NCBI GenBank assembly: GCA_013265495.1
Contig: MU058844.1
Coordinates: forward strand, 9,816,184-9,880,183
Source: Vicugna vicugna
Taxonomy: Eukaryota
DNA: 64,000 nt
Direction: 5' to 3'
The stretch's first letter is position 1, and the number at the start of each line of letters is the position of its first letter. The translations under genes were made by a program, and so were the position numbers. The notes below the pieces were generated by a model that saw nothing but the letters and a program-made list of their open reading frames with translations, did no database searches and was not told the origin of the DNA. Of the stretch, positions 27,601 through 38,978 are shown piece by piece.

Positions 27601-29371
27601 GCACCAAAAAGCACATCTGGGTCTCTGGAATGCATGTTAATATTTAGTATCTACTATAAAGTAGATACCAGCCAATTGCTTGTGGTTATTATATTTTGAC
27701 TTTTATACACCCTCAAAATCAACTTTCATCAGAACTCATGATACTTTGTTATCAGTTATTAATAATCTGCATAATAATAATCTGTAGGCTATAATTTTAG
27801 TTGGGATGAGATAAACATGAGGCCCAAATGAAGAAAAATACCTATTAATTCAGGTTAAGTTATGCAAAACTGATGAAGTAGAGTAAATAATCAAGGCCCT
27901 TTATAATATAGAACAATTGTGACAAGTCACTACTGAAAGAAATAAAAACAGAACAAGATATTTGAGAAAAAATAATATAAATGATAGTAAAAGTGCTTAG
28001 TAGAAAGAAACCAAGTAACTAGAGTTTAGGTGTACATTGTAGAGAAGGAAGCCAAAATATGATTTGTAAATGAAAGCCATATAAATTGTATAAGAAAGTT
28101 ACGTCCTGGGAAGGAGAGCTGTATGCAAATGATATGAGTTAAACAGTAGAAATTAAGATACTTAAGAACAGCTGCATTTGAATGAAAAAACCACAATGTA
28201 ACAATCTGGGAGGGTGATTAATCATTAATAATGGACAGAAATTTTTTTCTTCAAGGGAAACTGACCAATGGAATTAAACCTTGAGAAGGATAATGAGAAT
28301 ATGATAGCTCTCTGATACTAAAGATTTAACACAAAAATTTCTTTGGGGTAGATAAAGTACAATAAACAAAAGGAAAATGTCAAAGAATCAAAGCTTTAAC
28401 ATTAATCTTAATCATGCTTTTATATTTCTTATTTATCTAAATTATGCAAATTTTATAAGAATGCCTGAAATACATATATATAAATGAAACAAACTGCACT
28501 CAGGCTGGCCCATTTCCAAATGAGCCTTAAACAACAGTCACTGAGGAACCACTCAATGTGCAGAGAAATTTGAATTCATAAGGTAATCAAACCTTTATGA
28601 AACTCCAAAGCATGATTTCAAAATATTTTTAAAAGTAAACCAAATAGCTTAAGTAGATAGAAAACAATTAAACCTGTTAAACAACATTTAGTTTAAAAAG
28701 AGGTTAATTTTATTAACTTACTTTACATTATTTTTGTCTCAGTAAAATCTGTGTTTTCTTTTTGTGACTTCATGGTGTCTGAAGACTAATTCTGGCTCTT
28801 TCTACAGTTGGCAGGTCTTCCCTAGTTTAGATATTCCAGTTTCTACTTCTGGACTTTTAGGTACCAAAACCCCATCCATCATCTCTTGATTTTTACAGTG
28901 AATTTATCCATTTTGATCCAAGTAAATATTTGATACTAAAGTACCAAAAAGTTCTGTTTATAAATCACTTCATCTTTAAGATAAGTCTTCTACACACTTT
29001 GAGGACACAACTAGAGATGACTTGCAGGAATACACAAGTACGTTAAAATACCTACAAATTTTCTAAGAGTACATTATACAAAACATACATTTTTTTACCC
29101 AGAAAATAAATTTCTAAATCTAATACAAAGAGTTCTAAACAAAACTTTCCTACATTTCTAGGGATCCATCAAATTAGAAATGGAGATGCAAGAACTATTT
29201 CTAATATTGTAAAGCTAAAATAAATTCTGCATTTGCCTGAAATAATGCTGCACAGGAAGTTAAAACTGAGATTTTTGTGCCTGTGGATGTAGTATCAGCT
29301 CAGTACATGTAACAGATTAACCTTATACTTTTCCTAGTATTTTTATTCATGGAGAAAGAAATTACCTCTGG

Positions 29372-29441
<70 letters not shown>

Positions 29442-32400
29442 TTTTTAAAATGGTGTTTATTTATCCTGCAGAAATCATCCTTAAATTTTGGTTCTATGTA
29501 GCATAACTAAAAAAAAGTTATTGGGGAAAAAATTAGAGACAATTGATCTAACTAAATTTAGATTGACATTACATTTTTACCTCTTTACTTTTTCTTTTTT
29601 TAAAGGTAAGACAAGAGCAATTATGTAATTATGCAATTTGCCCAAGAAAACACAGCAAGTCAGAAACAGAGTGAAACTCCTGTTTCCAGGGTTATTTTCA
29701 CACCATCCTAGAGTTTCTCTAGTTTGTCCCAATCATAACTTGCCAAGAGAGTAAATACCTCTAGAAATTATGTCAGTTAGCAGAATATATCCTACTGTAT
29801 AGCACAGGGAACTACATTAAATACCTTGTAATAGCCTATAATAAAAAAGCATATGAAAAGGAGTATAAATATATATAACTGAATCACTATGCTGTACACC
29901 AGAAATTAAGAAAACATTGTATCACAACATTGTAAAATGATTATAAATCGATAAAAAATGTTTAAAAAACATTGTAAACCAACTATAGTTCAACAAAAAA
30001 AATTTTTAATATAGTTCAAAATACTGTCAAGTTGAAATCATAATCTGCATGTACCATGCTTTGCCAGAAGCTGTATCAGATAAGCATTTAAAACAAAAAA
30101 GACCAAACTAATTACTAAGTCATTCAAAGATTATTCCAAGTATTTTCCTTAAAACTAAAAACATAAGTAATAAATTTTTTATATCCTAATGAATATTTAA
30201 TTTTAAAATGATAGTTTTCTTAATTTTTCGTTGTGCTAATAATCTGAATGTCAGTAGGTTCAGTATCAACAAGAGAAAGATCTCATGAATCACTCATTTT
30301 TAATTTTAAATACAGAATTTTCTCTTAATTCTTCTTACGGTATAGATCCTGTAATCATAGGCTTCCCTGGACAGGATCTCAAATAAGAGCTGGGCCATAA
30401 AGCTTGTCATTTTTTTTTTTTTAAAACACTGACAATTGCATAATCCTCTCTAGACACACAGGGCACATTTCAATTTATCCTGTTGGCCATAGACTACTGG
30501 GAGATTTTTTATCTTTAAATACATAGAACATTTATAGTTACACAAAATTGTAGAAACTGTTTTTATAGCACTTCTCCCCAATTTAATGTATTACTAACTC
30601 ATTTTTTTGTTTATCTTATCCCACTAGAATATAAGCTTCACAGAAATATATTTGCTACTGATTGGAGACACCATTATTTACTTAACGGCTTTTCCATTTA
30701 TTAGTTCTGTTTGCTTTATAAATAAACAGCAGAATTACTACATAAATAAAATCACTTCAATGCTTTAACAACTTATATTTATCACAAAGTTTGTATTCTA
30801 CTAGGCTAATAGCTACAATTAAAAGTAAGTAAATATGTTATATATCAGGCTAGTCCAATGAAGAAAAATAAATTTGTTGGAAATACAGATGGATGGAAGG
30901 AAATAGGGGCTATTTTAGAAGGTGTCATCAGAAAAGGTAAAGTGAGATTTGGACCAACTGGGGACAGAGTTCTACGGATATTTAGTGGAAGTATTCCAGG
31001 CAGAGGGAACAGCAAGAGAAGAGACCCTGAGACAACACTTCAGTGTGGCTAGAGTAGATGAATGGAAGGGGAGGTGGTAAGAGATGATGTCAGAGAGGGG
31101 AGAGGGCAGGTGGAGCTCTGCAGGTCACGGGAAGGACGGAGGTTCTTCCTCTCAATGAGTCAGGGGTCATGTTAGGAAGAGAGAAGTCATGTATTCTGAT
31201 TATGTTTCAAAAGATGATGTGGCTCTCTTGGGAAGAGTCAACTATAGACAAGTAAGTTGGAAATAGGAAAACCAGTAAGGAGATATTCAATTGTTCAGGC
31301 AAGAAATGGCAGTGGATGGGACAGGGTGATTACCAATAGGGGTGGAGATTCAGGATATATTTTGATACAATGCTGGCAGGATTTGTTGATAGATTAGGGT
31401 TACTATGAGAGAGAGGAAATCAAGGATGGCATCCAACTTTTCCTGTCAGCCACTGAGAGAATGGAAGTAACTTAAATTGGTTTGGTAATGACTACATGTT
31501 ATGGAATAGCATGGTAACCATTAAAATCCACATTTTCCAAAGTCTAATGTCATAAAAATGCTTATGATTTCATGTTAAGAGGAAAAGGCTGGCTATAAAC
31601 TTGCATAAATGACACAAGTTTACTTTCACTAATATAGAGTCACACAGACACATATTCATAGGGAAAAACTTCAGCCAGAAAGTCACCAAAATGGTAACAA
31701 GATTTTTTTATATAACAGGGACATGGATAACTTTCATTTTTTTTTAATTTTTGCTTTTTTAAAAAATTTTCTAAGATAACATTTACTGCTTTTATAATCA
31801 GAAAGAACAATATATATTTTAATGAATAAATTTACTATCCAAGAAGAGCCTAAAAGTAATTGGTCATGCTGTTGAAAATTTTATGCATTTTAGTGCCAGA
31901 TTTTGTTTATATCCCTACTTATTTTAAATGACAAAGACTCATGACTAAGTTAATTGAAATTAAATGCTTTAGGAAAGTTACCACTTTCTGCAGTTTGGAA
32001 GAGAAATGGGTCACTAAACACTCCAATGCCGGCACTATTTTCAGCAGCAACCTAGAATAGACCAAAAGAATTACATTCAAGCTTTTTACTCTCTAATTAC
32101 ACAGAATCTAAAATAATAAAACTTTGATTTGTCCATGAGATACACAATGAAGATACTTCTGCCTGTAATTCCTACAATACTCGCAAAGTGGAAAATATTT
32201 CCATTTCCCTTAAGGGTATATTTGCAACCAACAGATTTCTCAGATTCCTGATGAGAAATCAATAAGCAAGTTTAATGTCTATTGATAGTAATAATTTTTT
32301 TAGTATTTATTAAGCAACTTCTGTGTACCCAGAAATCAACTGAGGATTTATGTATCTCATTTTATTCACATAAAATGTGAAGTATTATTGTACACATCTT

Positions 32401-35400
32401 ACAGAAGAGAAAACTGGTTGAGAGAGGTGAAGTAATTTGCCAAAAATTACACAGGAATAAGTGGCTGAACCAGAATTCAGTTGAAGTTGTGTTTATTTCT
32501 AAAGCTCAATCTCTTTCCACTACATTCACTTTATGTAAGACACCATGATTATTTCTGTAATAAATCTGAGGCCATATATATGGTGTCTGATTTAAGGGTT
32601 TACAATCTAATTAGGCAAATTACTCAGGAAAACGGTTTTTAAAAATAAGTGGGTGATTTAATCATTTAGATTAAATATTCTAGAATTTGAAAGATGGAAA
32701 AAATTTTGACTTGAATAGTCTAATCAAATACACCAGAATAGGCAGAGAAAGTGTCATAAATGAGAACTCTTAAGCTTTTCCAAATGCCATAACCTATAGT
32801 GAGACAAACTTGGCTTAAATTGCAGCTCTATCCATTCCCAGATGAATAGCTTTGAGCAATTTACTTAACTGTTCTAAGTCCTATTTTCCTTTAAAATGGG
32901 AATAATAATGTATCTATGTCATAAGATTGTTCTGAGAACTAAATGAAATAACATATTTTCCCCATATCACGTAAATTTGATATCTACATTTAGAGATATC
33001 AAATGCACCATGTCAAATGCCCTTTGGAATTCTGCAATGCCTAACATTTACTTGAACAGAGTAAAGGTCACAAACATGATTTATAAAGTGTGGGATGAAA
33101 AAAGAGAATAAGGGCTTCCCAATAGGCCTGAAATAAGAGAATTCAAGGGAATAAAAATTCAAACTCCATAAAAATAGATCTAAGCAGCACTAGGTTGGCT
33201 AAATCACCTTTCTATCAGCAACAGCTTCTTATGTCATTAAAATGTAATCTTTATCATCCCAAAGAGCATACCTTCACATGTAAGTTAACCTCAGTGTGTG
33301 CTTATTGATAGAAAATCTCTGTACTATATAATTTTCAGAGGTCAGTTAGAAAAAGGTTGCCTACTCTTTTTAACTCATGTTTCTGCAGGGAATACAGCTG
33401 TCAAATCTTTGATTTTGACCCTGCAGAAGTAAAAGTTTCTTTTTTTCTTTTATCATTTGGGGGACTCCCTGCTCTTGATATATGCTTTCTAGGTCTTATT
33501 GTGTTGTATAATTCTGCAAATAGGCATACTTGCAATAAGAACAAAACAGGCAAATATCATTTATCATTTCTTTCCATCTAGATGGCCATCTCAGTTATGT
33601 ATGATCACACATTTACACAGTTTTTCCTCTACAGTCAAGACTCAAGTGACAGACTGACGTTATATCGAAATTAGGGAGGAATGAAAGGGTACCTGCATTC
33701 TTTACTGCCCCTTGGAAATATCACGCATGTCTCTTAACTGTAAACATTTCCATATGGCCCAACTAATTAAAGAATGCTTTTCATATGCTCTTCTTTATTT
33801 AATATTCAAGTAAAATGTTCTTAGATTTTGCATATTTAACATTGTAACGGCATAAAATTTTTTATAAACATGAAAGACAGCATAAGTGCTCAGGAAATAT
33901 TTGTTGCATGGAACTGAACCGAATTCATTGTTCTTTGAGAAACTGGTTCCTTCGAAACTTTCAAACCATTATGCGAAATTTCAATGACAGACATGGAAAT
34001 ACAGGAAGATTAAGAGAAAAATAACAACGCTAACTTTGAGTTTGAGTAAAAAGTAGAACATATGCATTTACAAAGCTTAAATTATTTGACTGAAAAATTT
34101 TTTTTAAAAAGTCACTAAACGAATGTTTTTTAAAATAGATAAATTATATAAATACACATAAAAATGAAAACAGATTATAACATCTGTTCAGATTGGAAAA
34201 GCCCAGATGGGCAATGAGGCCATGACTCAGATGATCATCCTTCAGTCACTTGCTACGTTCCGCTGCAAAGGCTTGACCTGGTGGGATAAAGTGCTTTCAC
34301 TTTTAAAACGAGTGGAATATTTTAATACTAACTATTTACAAAATAATTACCTTGATTTCATATGTTGTTCCAGGAGTAAGATCAGTAAGAAGAACTTCCA
34401 GACTGTCTGCCTTTGCCCTAACTTGTGTATATGCTGCTTGCATCCATGGACAAACTTCCTTGTATTTCACAACGTAAGATGTAATTCTCCCATTTGGATT
34501 AGGCGGTGTATTCCAGGACAGAAGAATCCCAGCAGATCCAACTCTTTCCCCTGCTAGGAAGACTGGAGGCCCTGGTTCTATTTTTCCAAAGAGTCATATT
34601 GTTAAAAGGTCAGATAATTGGTGTATTTTCACAATCATATGTAAGAAAAATATTCACAAATTGTAGACTTAAAGTTCCCAAAGACTAATGGTCTCAAAAT
34701 GTAAGTTTATCCTCCCTAAATAAGAGCTTTGCTACCAGGAGAGAAAAAAAAAAGATTAAATGCTTTGGGTGGGGAATACCAAAAACATTTTTTTATAAGA
34801 ATGTAAAAAATGGAATGCTAATAAATACTACATGCCAAATATCCATTTAGTGCCAAATCATTTTTAAAAGAAACTTACTTGAGGCAAGCCTTATACACAA
34901 AAACTAAGAAAACAAGAACCAGTCTTACAAACTGAGTAATTCTTCCAGAGCAAGTGTATTGAGTTTATTTCCATAGCTTTGTATTATTTAAATATTCCCA
35001 ATAACAGTCTCTCTGATCCATTTCACAAACCAATACAGAGAAATTATCTTTGCTCTTTGAAAGTAACGGAAGATAAAGAACCCGTAGAACGCAGGTTCTA
35101 AACAGATCACTTTCTTAAAGTTTCCATTTTGCTTTCATCACTAAACTGTTTTCATGCATACAATGCACATATTGCCAGTATAAGTATTTCCATCCAACAG
35201 ACTTACACTGGCTCCAAATACTTGGTTTAAAAAAGGTCACTGAAAGCATCTACTCACTTGTCACATTTGTGGTAACTGTTCTACTAACAGGTGCGCTGTA
35301 TGTTGTAGCGGAAACAGAAGAGATGGTTACGTCATACCTAGTACCTGGAACAGCATTGGAAACATCAACCTAAAAGACCAAAAACACATAATTGTGTTAA

Positions 35401-35749
35401 AATTTTAAAAAGCTAGAGAGCTAAAATAATAAATCCATCACAATAAAAAAACTAAACACTTCACTATACAACTCTGCACTATTTATCACAATACCTTCCA
35501 ATAGTTAGTTATATCACATAATCATTTACCAAATAACATAAAACAAAAACGTACAAAACATACTGTGTTATTGAAGACTAAATCAGCATTTCTACCTGTC
35601 TTAGTTCATTGTCACGAGAAACAACTATTTAAGCGTCTTAAGAAATCTATAGCCCATTGCTTAGCCCTGGTTTTTTAAGAGTGTGTATAAAATACCTGTG
35701 TCTCTGAAGTTCCAATAAAAAGTAAGAGAAAAATGATAAGAAAATCCAT
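3319..35749 (-). CDS. PTPRQ: PTPRQ canonical isoform, coding exons 1-14 (gene continues beyond the left edge of the window)
   Basis: 14 AG/GT-bounded exons totalling 2275 nt splice into one open frame. It begins [32 protein letters not shown] and matches the human PTPRQ N-terminal sequence as I recall it. Confidence 0.97.
3743..3850 (-). CDS. PTPRQ: PTPRQ exon 13 ([35 protein letters not shown])
   Basis: ttatag|GG ... GAT G|gtaaga, 108 nt, phase 1 to 1. Confidence 0.96.
4454..4633 (-). CDS. PTPRQ: PTPRQ exon 12 ([37 protein letters not shown]...DNSFLIT)
   Basis: ctcaag|TG ... ACA G|gtagaa, 180 nt, phase 1 to 1. Confidence 0.96.
4739..4900 (-). CDS. PTPRQ: PTPRQ exon 11 ([53 protein letters not shown])
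   Basis: aaacag|GA ... CAA G|gtaaga, 162 nt, phase 1 to 1. Confidence 0.96.
6294..6474 (-). CDS. PTPRQ: PTPRQ exon 10 ([32 protein letters not shown]...RADGQPSTV), non-FN3 insert
   Basis: ttacag|TAT ... GTT G|gtaggt, 181 nt, phase 0 to 1. Confidence 0.94.
9105..9309 (+). mobile_element. MER20 hAT-Charlie DNA transposon
   Basis: Terminal inverted ends cagtgttctcagcc ... ggttgagaataactg; internal gtaggaagtttagtagcatccctgg and aaaatgtctccagagattgccaaatgtc. Confidence 0.8.
10784..11329 (+). mobile_element. 5'-truncated LINE-1 3' end with poly(A) tail and 17-bp target-site duplication
   Basis: End of ORF2 and 3'UTR (aatggaatattactcagccataaaaagaatgaaata...gctgtacacctgaaactaacacaacattgtaaatcaacta); TSD agaagaatggcttaaag at 10767-10783 and 11330-11346. 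Confidence 0.93.
11581..12085 (+). mobile_element. MaLR LTR (MLT1 family)
   Basis: Typical MLT1 3' end: ctcctgacccacagaaactgagatagtagatatgagttgttttaagc...gttatagcacaatggaaaactgaa. Confidence 0.7.
15255..15427 (-). CDS. PTPRQ: PTPRQ exon 9 ([38 protein letters not shown]...LLTGKDE)
   Basis: tttcag|TT ... GAG|gtactg, 173 nt, phase 1 to 0. Confidence 0.96.
20971..21117 (-). CDS. PTPRQ: PTPRQ exon 8 ([48 protein letters not shown])
   Basis: tgcag|GT ... GAG G|gtaaga, 147 nt, phase 1 to 1. Confidence 0.96.
21650..22945 (+). mobile_element. Ancient LINE-2 fragment
   Basis: C/T-rich stretch with L2-like motifs (actgctcttgttaagatcactaatgacttccatgttgctaaat; catcttacttgacttatcagc). Confidence 0.6.
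23823..23951 (-). CDS. PTPRQ: PTPRQ exon 7 ([42 protein letters not shown])
   Basis: tttag|TG ... TCA G|gtaagt, 129 nt, phase 1 to 1. Confidence 0.96.
25543..25569 (+). repeat. Poly(A) run of about 27 nt (poly-U in the pre-mRNA, just after the exon 6 donor)
   Basis: Seen directly in the sequence. Confidence 0.9.
25585..25834 (-). CDS. PTPRQ: PTPRQ exon 6 ([24 protein letters not shown]...[31 protein letters not shown])
   Basis: cactag|GAT ... TCA G|gtatgg, 250 nt, phase 0 to 1. Confidence 0.95.
26984..27183 (-). CDS. PTPRQ: PTPRQ exon 5 ([44 protein letters not shown]...KLPECN)
   Basis: cccag|CT ... AAC|gtaagc, 200 nt, phase 1 to 0; lies inside ORF 26939..27295. Confidence 0.96.
29374..29440 (+). 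repeat. (AAT)n microsatellite, about 22 units
   Basis: Uninterrupted aat run. Confidence 0.97.
29785..30002 (+). mobile_element. LINE-1 3'UTR fragment
   Basis: tcctactgtatagcacagggaactacatt...actgaatcactatgctgtacaccagaaattaa, similar to the 3' end of the 10784-11329 element. Confidence 0.8.
30860..31490 (-). mobile_element. Ancient LINE-2 3' fragment
   Basis: Purine-rich stretch with L2 motifs (attccaggcagagggaacagcaag; gattcaggatatattttg; gagaggaaatcaaggatggc). Confidence 0.6.
31982..32051 (-). CDS. PTPRQ: PTPRQ exon 4 ([23 protein letters not shown])
   Basis: ctag|GTT ... AGT G|gtaac, 70 nt, phase 0 to 1. Confidence 0.95.
34351..34577 (-). CDS. PTPRQ: PTPRQ exon 3 ([29 protein letters not shown]...TPGTTYEIK), FN3
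   Basis: aatag|AA CCA ... ATC AAG|gtaatt, 227 nt, phase 1 to 0. Confidence 0.96.
35258..35369 (-). CDS. PTPRQ: PTPRQ exon 2: C-terminal half of an FN3 domain ([37 protein letters not shown])
   Basis: ttttag|GTT ... ACA A|gtgagt, 112 nt, phase 0 to 1. Confidence 0.95.
35696..35749 (-). CDS. PTPRQ: PTPRQ canonical exon 1 coding part: signal peptide [18 protein letters not shown] (an extra in-frame ATG at 35752)
   Basis: ATG at 35749, 18 codons with a hydrophobic core, donor CAG|gtatt, phase 0. Confidence 0.95.
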
Positions 35750-35752
35750 CAT

Positions 35753-36176
35753 TATCACATTTTTCAGGCAGTGGAATCACATTGATGGCTCTAGAGAGAA
35801 ATGTTGCCTGCATTAATGATTTAAAGACAGATCCTCCTGGCAAGTGCACAATTAATGAGCCTGGATTACTCAATAGCTCTGCCCTTTCTTTGTTAAACTA
35901 TTCATGAACTCTTGGATGGCTGGCTGTAGGTTCAAGCTAGACTTAAAAAAAAAAAAAAGACAGAGAGAGAGACATAGACGTTGCTAAGGTAACAGTCCAC
36001 CGGTGATGAAACTTACACTCATCGATTCGGCATCAGTGTTTTTGTCTTCATCTTACGCTTTTAAAAACTCTCAAAGGAGTAAGTTTTCACGGTGGATGAG
36101 TTTCGTAAAGAACTTTCCTATTTGGACCAAATATAAATACAAGTTGGCTTAGCAAGTATGATAATGAAAACTATAC
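35753..36176 (-). promoter_or_regulatory. 5'UTR and proximal promoter of the canonical (short) PTPRQ isoform
   Basis: Lies between exon U10 and the canonical ATG. Contains X-box-like GTTGCTAAGGTAAC (35980-35993) and POU4F-like GTGCACAATTAATGAG (35844-35859). The TSS cannot be determined from sequence. Confidence 0.6.
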
Positions 36177-36337
36177 CTGATACTCGCTACCTCCAAGATC
36201 TCTGATAGTAACAAAGCCGCTGTCAGGAACAAGATCCACACGAAACCCTTCCACATGGCCGGAGGGTTGGCTCCAGTGCAGAGAAAACGAATGTGCAGAA
36301 ACGTTGATGGCTTTAAGTTTCTCGGGTTTTTCTGGTT
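36177..36337 (-). CDS. PTPRQ: Upstream exon U10: N-terminal half of FN3 (PEKPEKLKAINVSAHSFSLHWSQPSGHVEGFRVDLVPDSGFVTIRDLGGSEYQ); joins exon 2 in frame
   Basis: tgtcag|AA ... CAG|gtatag, 161 nt, phase 1 to 0; FN3 A-B-C strand motif (P..L....S..SFSLHW..P.G....F). Confidence 0.88.
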
Positions 36338-38389
36338 CTGACATTGACAAACAGAGGTTTAAAACAGAGTTATTCTCCTAAATCTTCAAAGAAAACATGA
36401 AAATCAATAGTCTAAGAGCCAGGTTTCAAAACAACCACATTGTTAGAAAGCATCAAATCCTTTAAATTATCTCTAGCCCTATGTAGGTGCTAGGTATGTA
36501 TATTCTTAACAGTATCTAGTTTTTAAGTTTATTATCAATCCATCAGCTTAGGTATCTGTTACTGGGGTATTCCTTACCTACTAAAATCTGTTGGTTGACC
36601 AGATTGTTTTTTAAAGCTTATGCTCTAATTGAAAAAATGAATCACTTTTTAAAGACAAGTACAAACTTTTTACCCAATTACCTGGATATTTATCAAAGAG
36701 AAGATAATTAGAAAAAAATACTAAAAGCTGCCAAAATGTTTAAAGGAGGGGCATTTCTGATGAATATTTAGTTCAGTGTTCCTTTAAAAGAAAAGTTTCC
36801 ATGTAGGAAATGAAAAAAGATAATTTTTAAACAGTAAGTAGTCATTGTCCTAGCCACTTCAGTTATATTTTTCTATCTTTGTCTCCACTGTTTCCAAAGT
36901 TTTGTTTATGCTGCCTGTACCTACTTGAAGGGAGTTTTCTACATAAAGTTCTTCGGATTGGTTGCCAATGAGTCAGGTCTGCACTCTGCTTATCTTTAGT
37001 GCAAATTCCAGAAAAACAATATAAGGGGAGGGAAAGGGATTATGGAGCCAAGCATGTGAAAAACATGCTGATAACAGATCCAATCTAACACTATTTCCAA
37101 AAGACAGGAGTCTAGAATTAATCATTGGACTCCATTTATAATTATAAACACCTCCCCCAGAGATGATTTGAAAATGAATATATAAAAAACAAAAACTCAT
37201 TTCCTAATGTAACTGATAGGATACGTTGCATAAAACAGATAACAGGTCAATTTCTTGGTATATTTTTGGCAGAGGAGGGATATACTTTTAGAATTTTTTT
37301 TAATCTCCTTTGAAAAGGTCCTTGAACGGTTGTAACTGTCTCCCTAATGGCCAAAGCTAATATTGATCAATTGATTTCCGCCACAACATCCTCAAAGACA
37401 CATTCTCTAGGCATCATCTCCAAGCTGTCCATGTCATGAGCACTACAGTTTTACAACTCTTTAGAAACACTGCAAACCTGAGGTGAAAGATCAGAGAAAT
37501 GCCCAGTCTGTAACAGGCAGACCTACTTTGTTGTGCACAGCTGGTGGGATCTTTTTTCTCATGACTCCGTGCACAGACCTATGTCCTCTGTATTCCCAAG
37601 CTTGAGAGAAAAGAGCTTGATTTCCTCACCAGCCCATATTAAAATGGACAAAAGTCTAACATGACAAAAGTCCAACCACTACTCACACTTACTGATTTAA
37701 GTGAGGGCAAATACTGTTTCATCAAGTGTCCTAGACACTCATGAAGTCTTAGGCAAGAAACTGGAAAACAGCTGGAATGAGACTTAGGAAGAAAAATGAA
37801 GACAGAAGAGTCTCACGGAGATGGCAGTGAGATAGGATGCAATTTCCCGGACTGTGGTTTAAGATTACATGCTGAAGAACTCTTGGCCAAGGATGAAATG
37901 CATCTCACCAAGAGGAGGAAGAATATATTTGTCTGAAAATTTTGCCAATCTGATAAAAAGGGAAGGCCTGGGAGCTTCAGGACAATTTGGTAAAGACCTT
38001 TGTAAGCAACGTGGATAAAAGCCCTGGAAAAGGACAGAATTTAAAGTGATTGATAAAAACCAGCCTGGGCTGTAGGATCAGTTAAGAAAGGAGAGCAATC
38101 TGATGATCATGTAGGCCACTATAAAGATTTTAGATTTTTTTCCCCGTAAATTCAGTGGAAAACATTGAAAAATTTTAAGCAGAAAAACAATCTTTTTTTT
38201 TTTTTTAAGATTACTCTGGAATGCTATATAGGAATCGGAGACTTGGCAAAAATGGCAGTGCAAGGCCAGTTAGTAGGATACTGTGAGCAGAGAAGAGGGA
38301 GGTTTTCCCTCAGTTTTTCTGAGGTAAGAGAGATGAAGTAATGCTTAAGTCACTGGGAAATTCAATTATATGTTTGTATATAGTGCATT

Positions 38390-38805
38390 ATATACAATAG
38401 CCAAATCATGGTAGCAACCTAAATGTCCACTGACAGATGACTGGATATAGAAGATGTGGTATAAGAAAGTAAAACAGTGATTTCAGGGGATGGGAGGAGG
38501 GGAAATGAGGAACTGTTTCATGGCTATCACGTTTGTTGCACAAGATGAAAAAGTTTTGAAGACAGGTTGCACAATAGTGTTAAAATACTTAACAGTACTG
38601 AACAATACACTTAAAATTGTTAAGACGGTGAATTTTATGTTATGTGTACTTTATGTGATAGTATTTTGTACTATCAGAGAAAATAATTACATAGCTACCA
38701 TTTATTAACTACCACCTTAAAAAAATTAAAAGATGTGGTATATGTACAATGGAATACTACTGGGTCATAAAAAAGAATGAAATAATGCCATTTACAGCAA
38801 CATCA
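38390..38805 (+). mobile_element. L1 3' fragment interrupted by another L1-like 3' segment
   Basis: acaatagccaaatcatggtagcaacctaaatgtccactgacagatga...agatgtggtata resumes at about 38730 (agatgtggtatatgtacaatggaatactac); the intervening part resembles an older L1 3' end. Confidence 0.65.
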
Positions 38806-38978
38806 TTTCACATGTAATCAATATTAAACTGTTAATGAGCCAGTCACTTTTTTTTCATACTAAGTCTTTGGAATCCCTTGTGTCTGCCACACTTAGAGCA
38901 CATCTGATTGTGGACTAGTCCCATGCCAAGGTTCAAGAGTCATGTGTTGCTAATCACCACATGCTGAACAGTGCAGCT
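38805..38978. mobile_element. MER3/MER33-like hAT-Charlie fragment
   Basis: catttcacatgtaatcaatatt...tttttcatactaagtctttggaatcc...cacttagagcacatct...ctgaacagtgcag. Confidence 0.55.

Noticed and set aside
34207..34688. Plus-strand ORFs overlapping exon 3, and similar ones at 4713, 15163, 26952, 42309 and 52758
   Set aside because: They are antisense shadows of real minus-strand exons.
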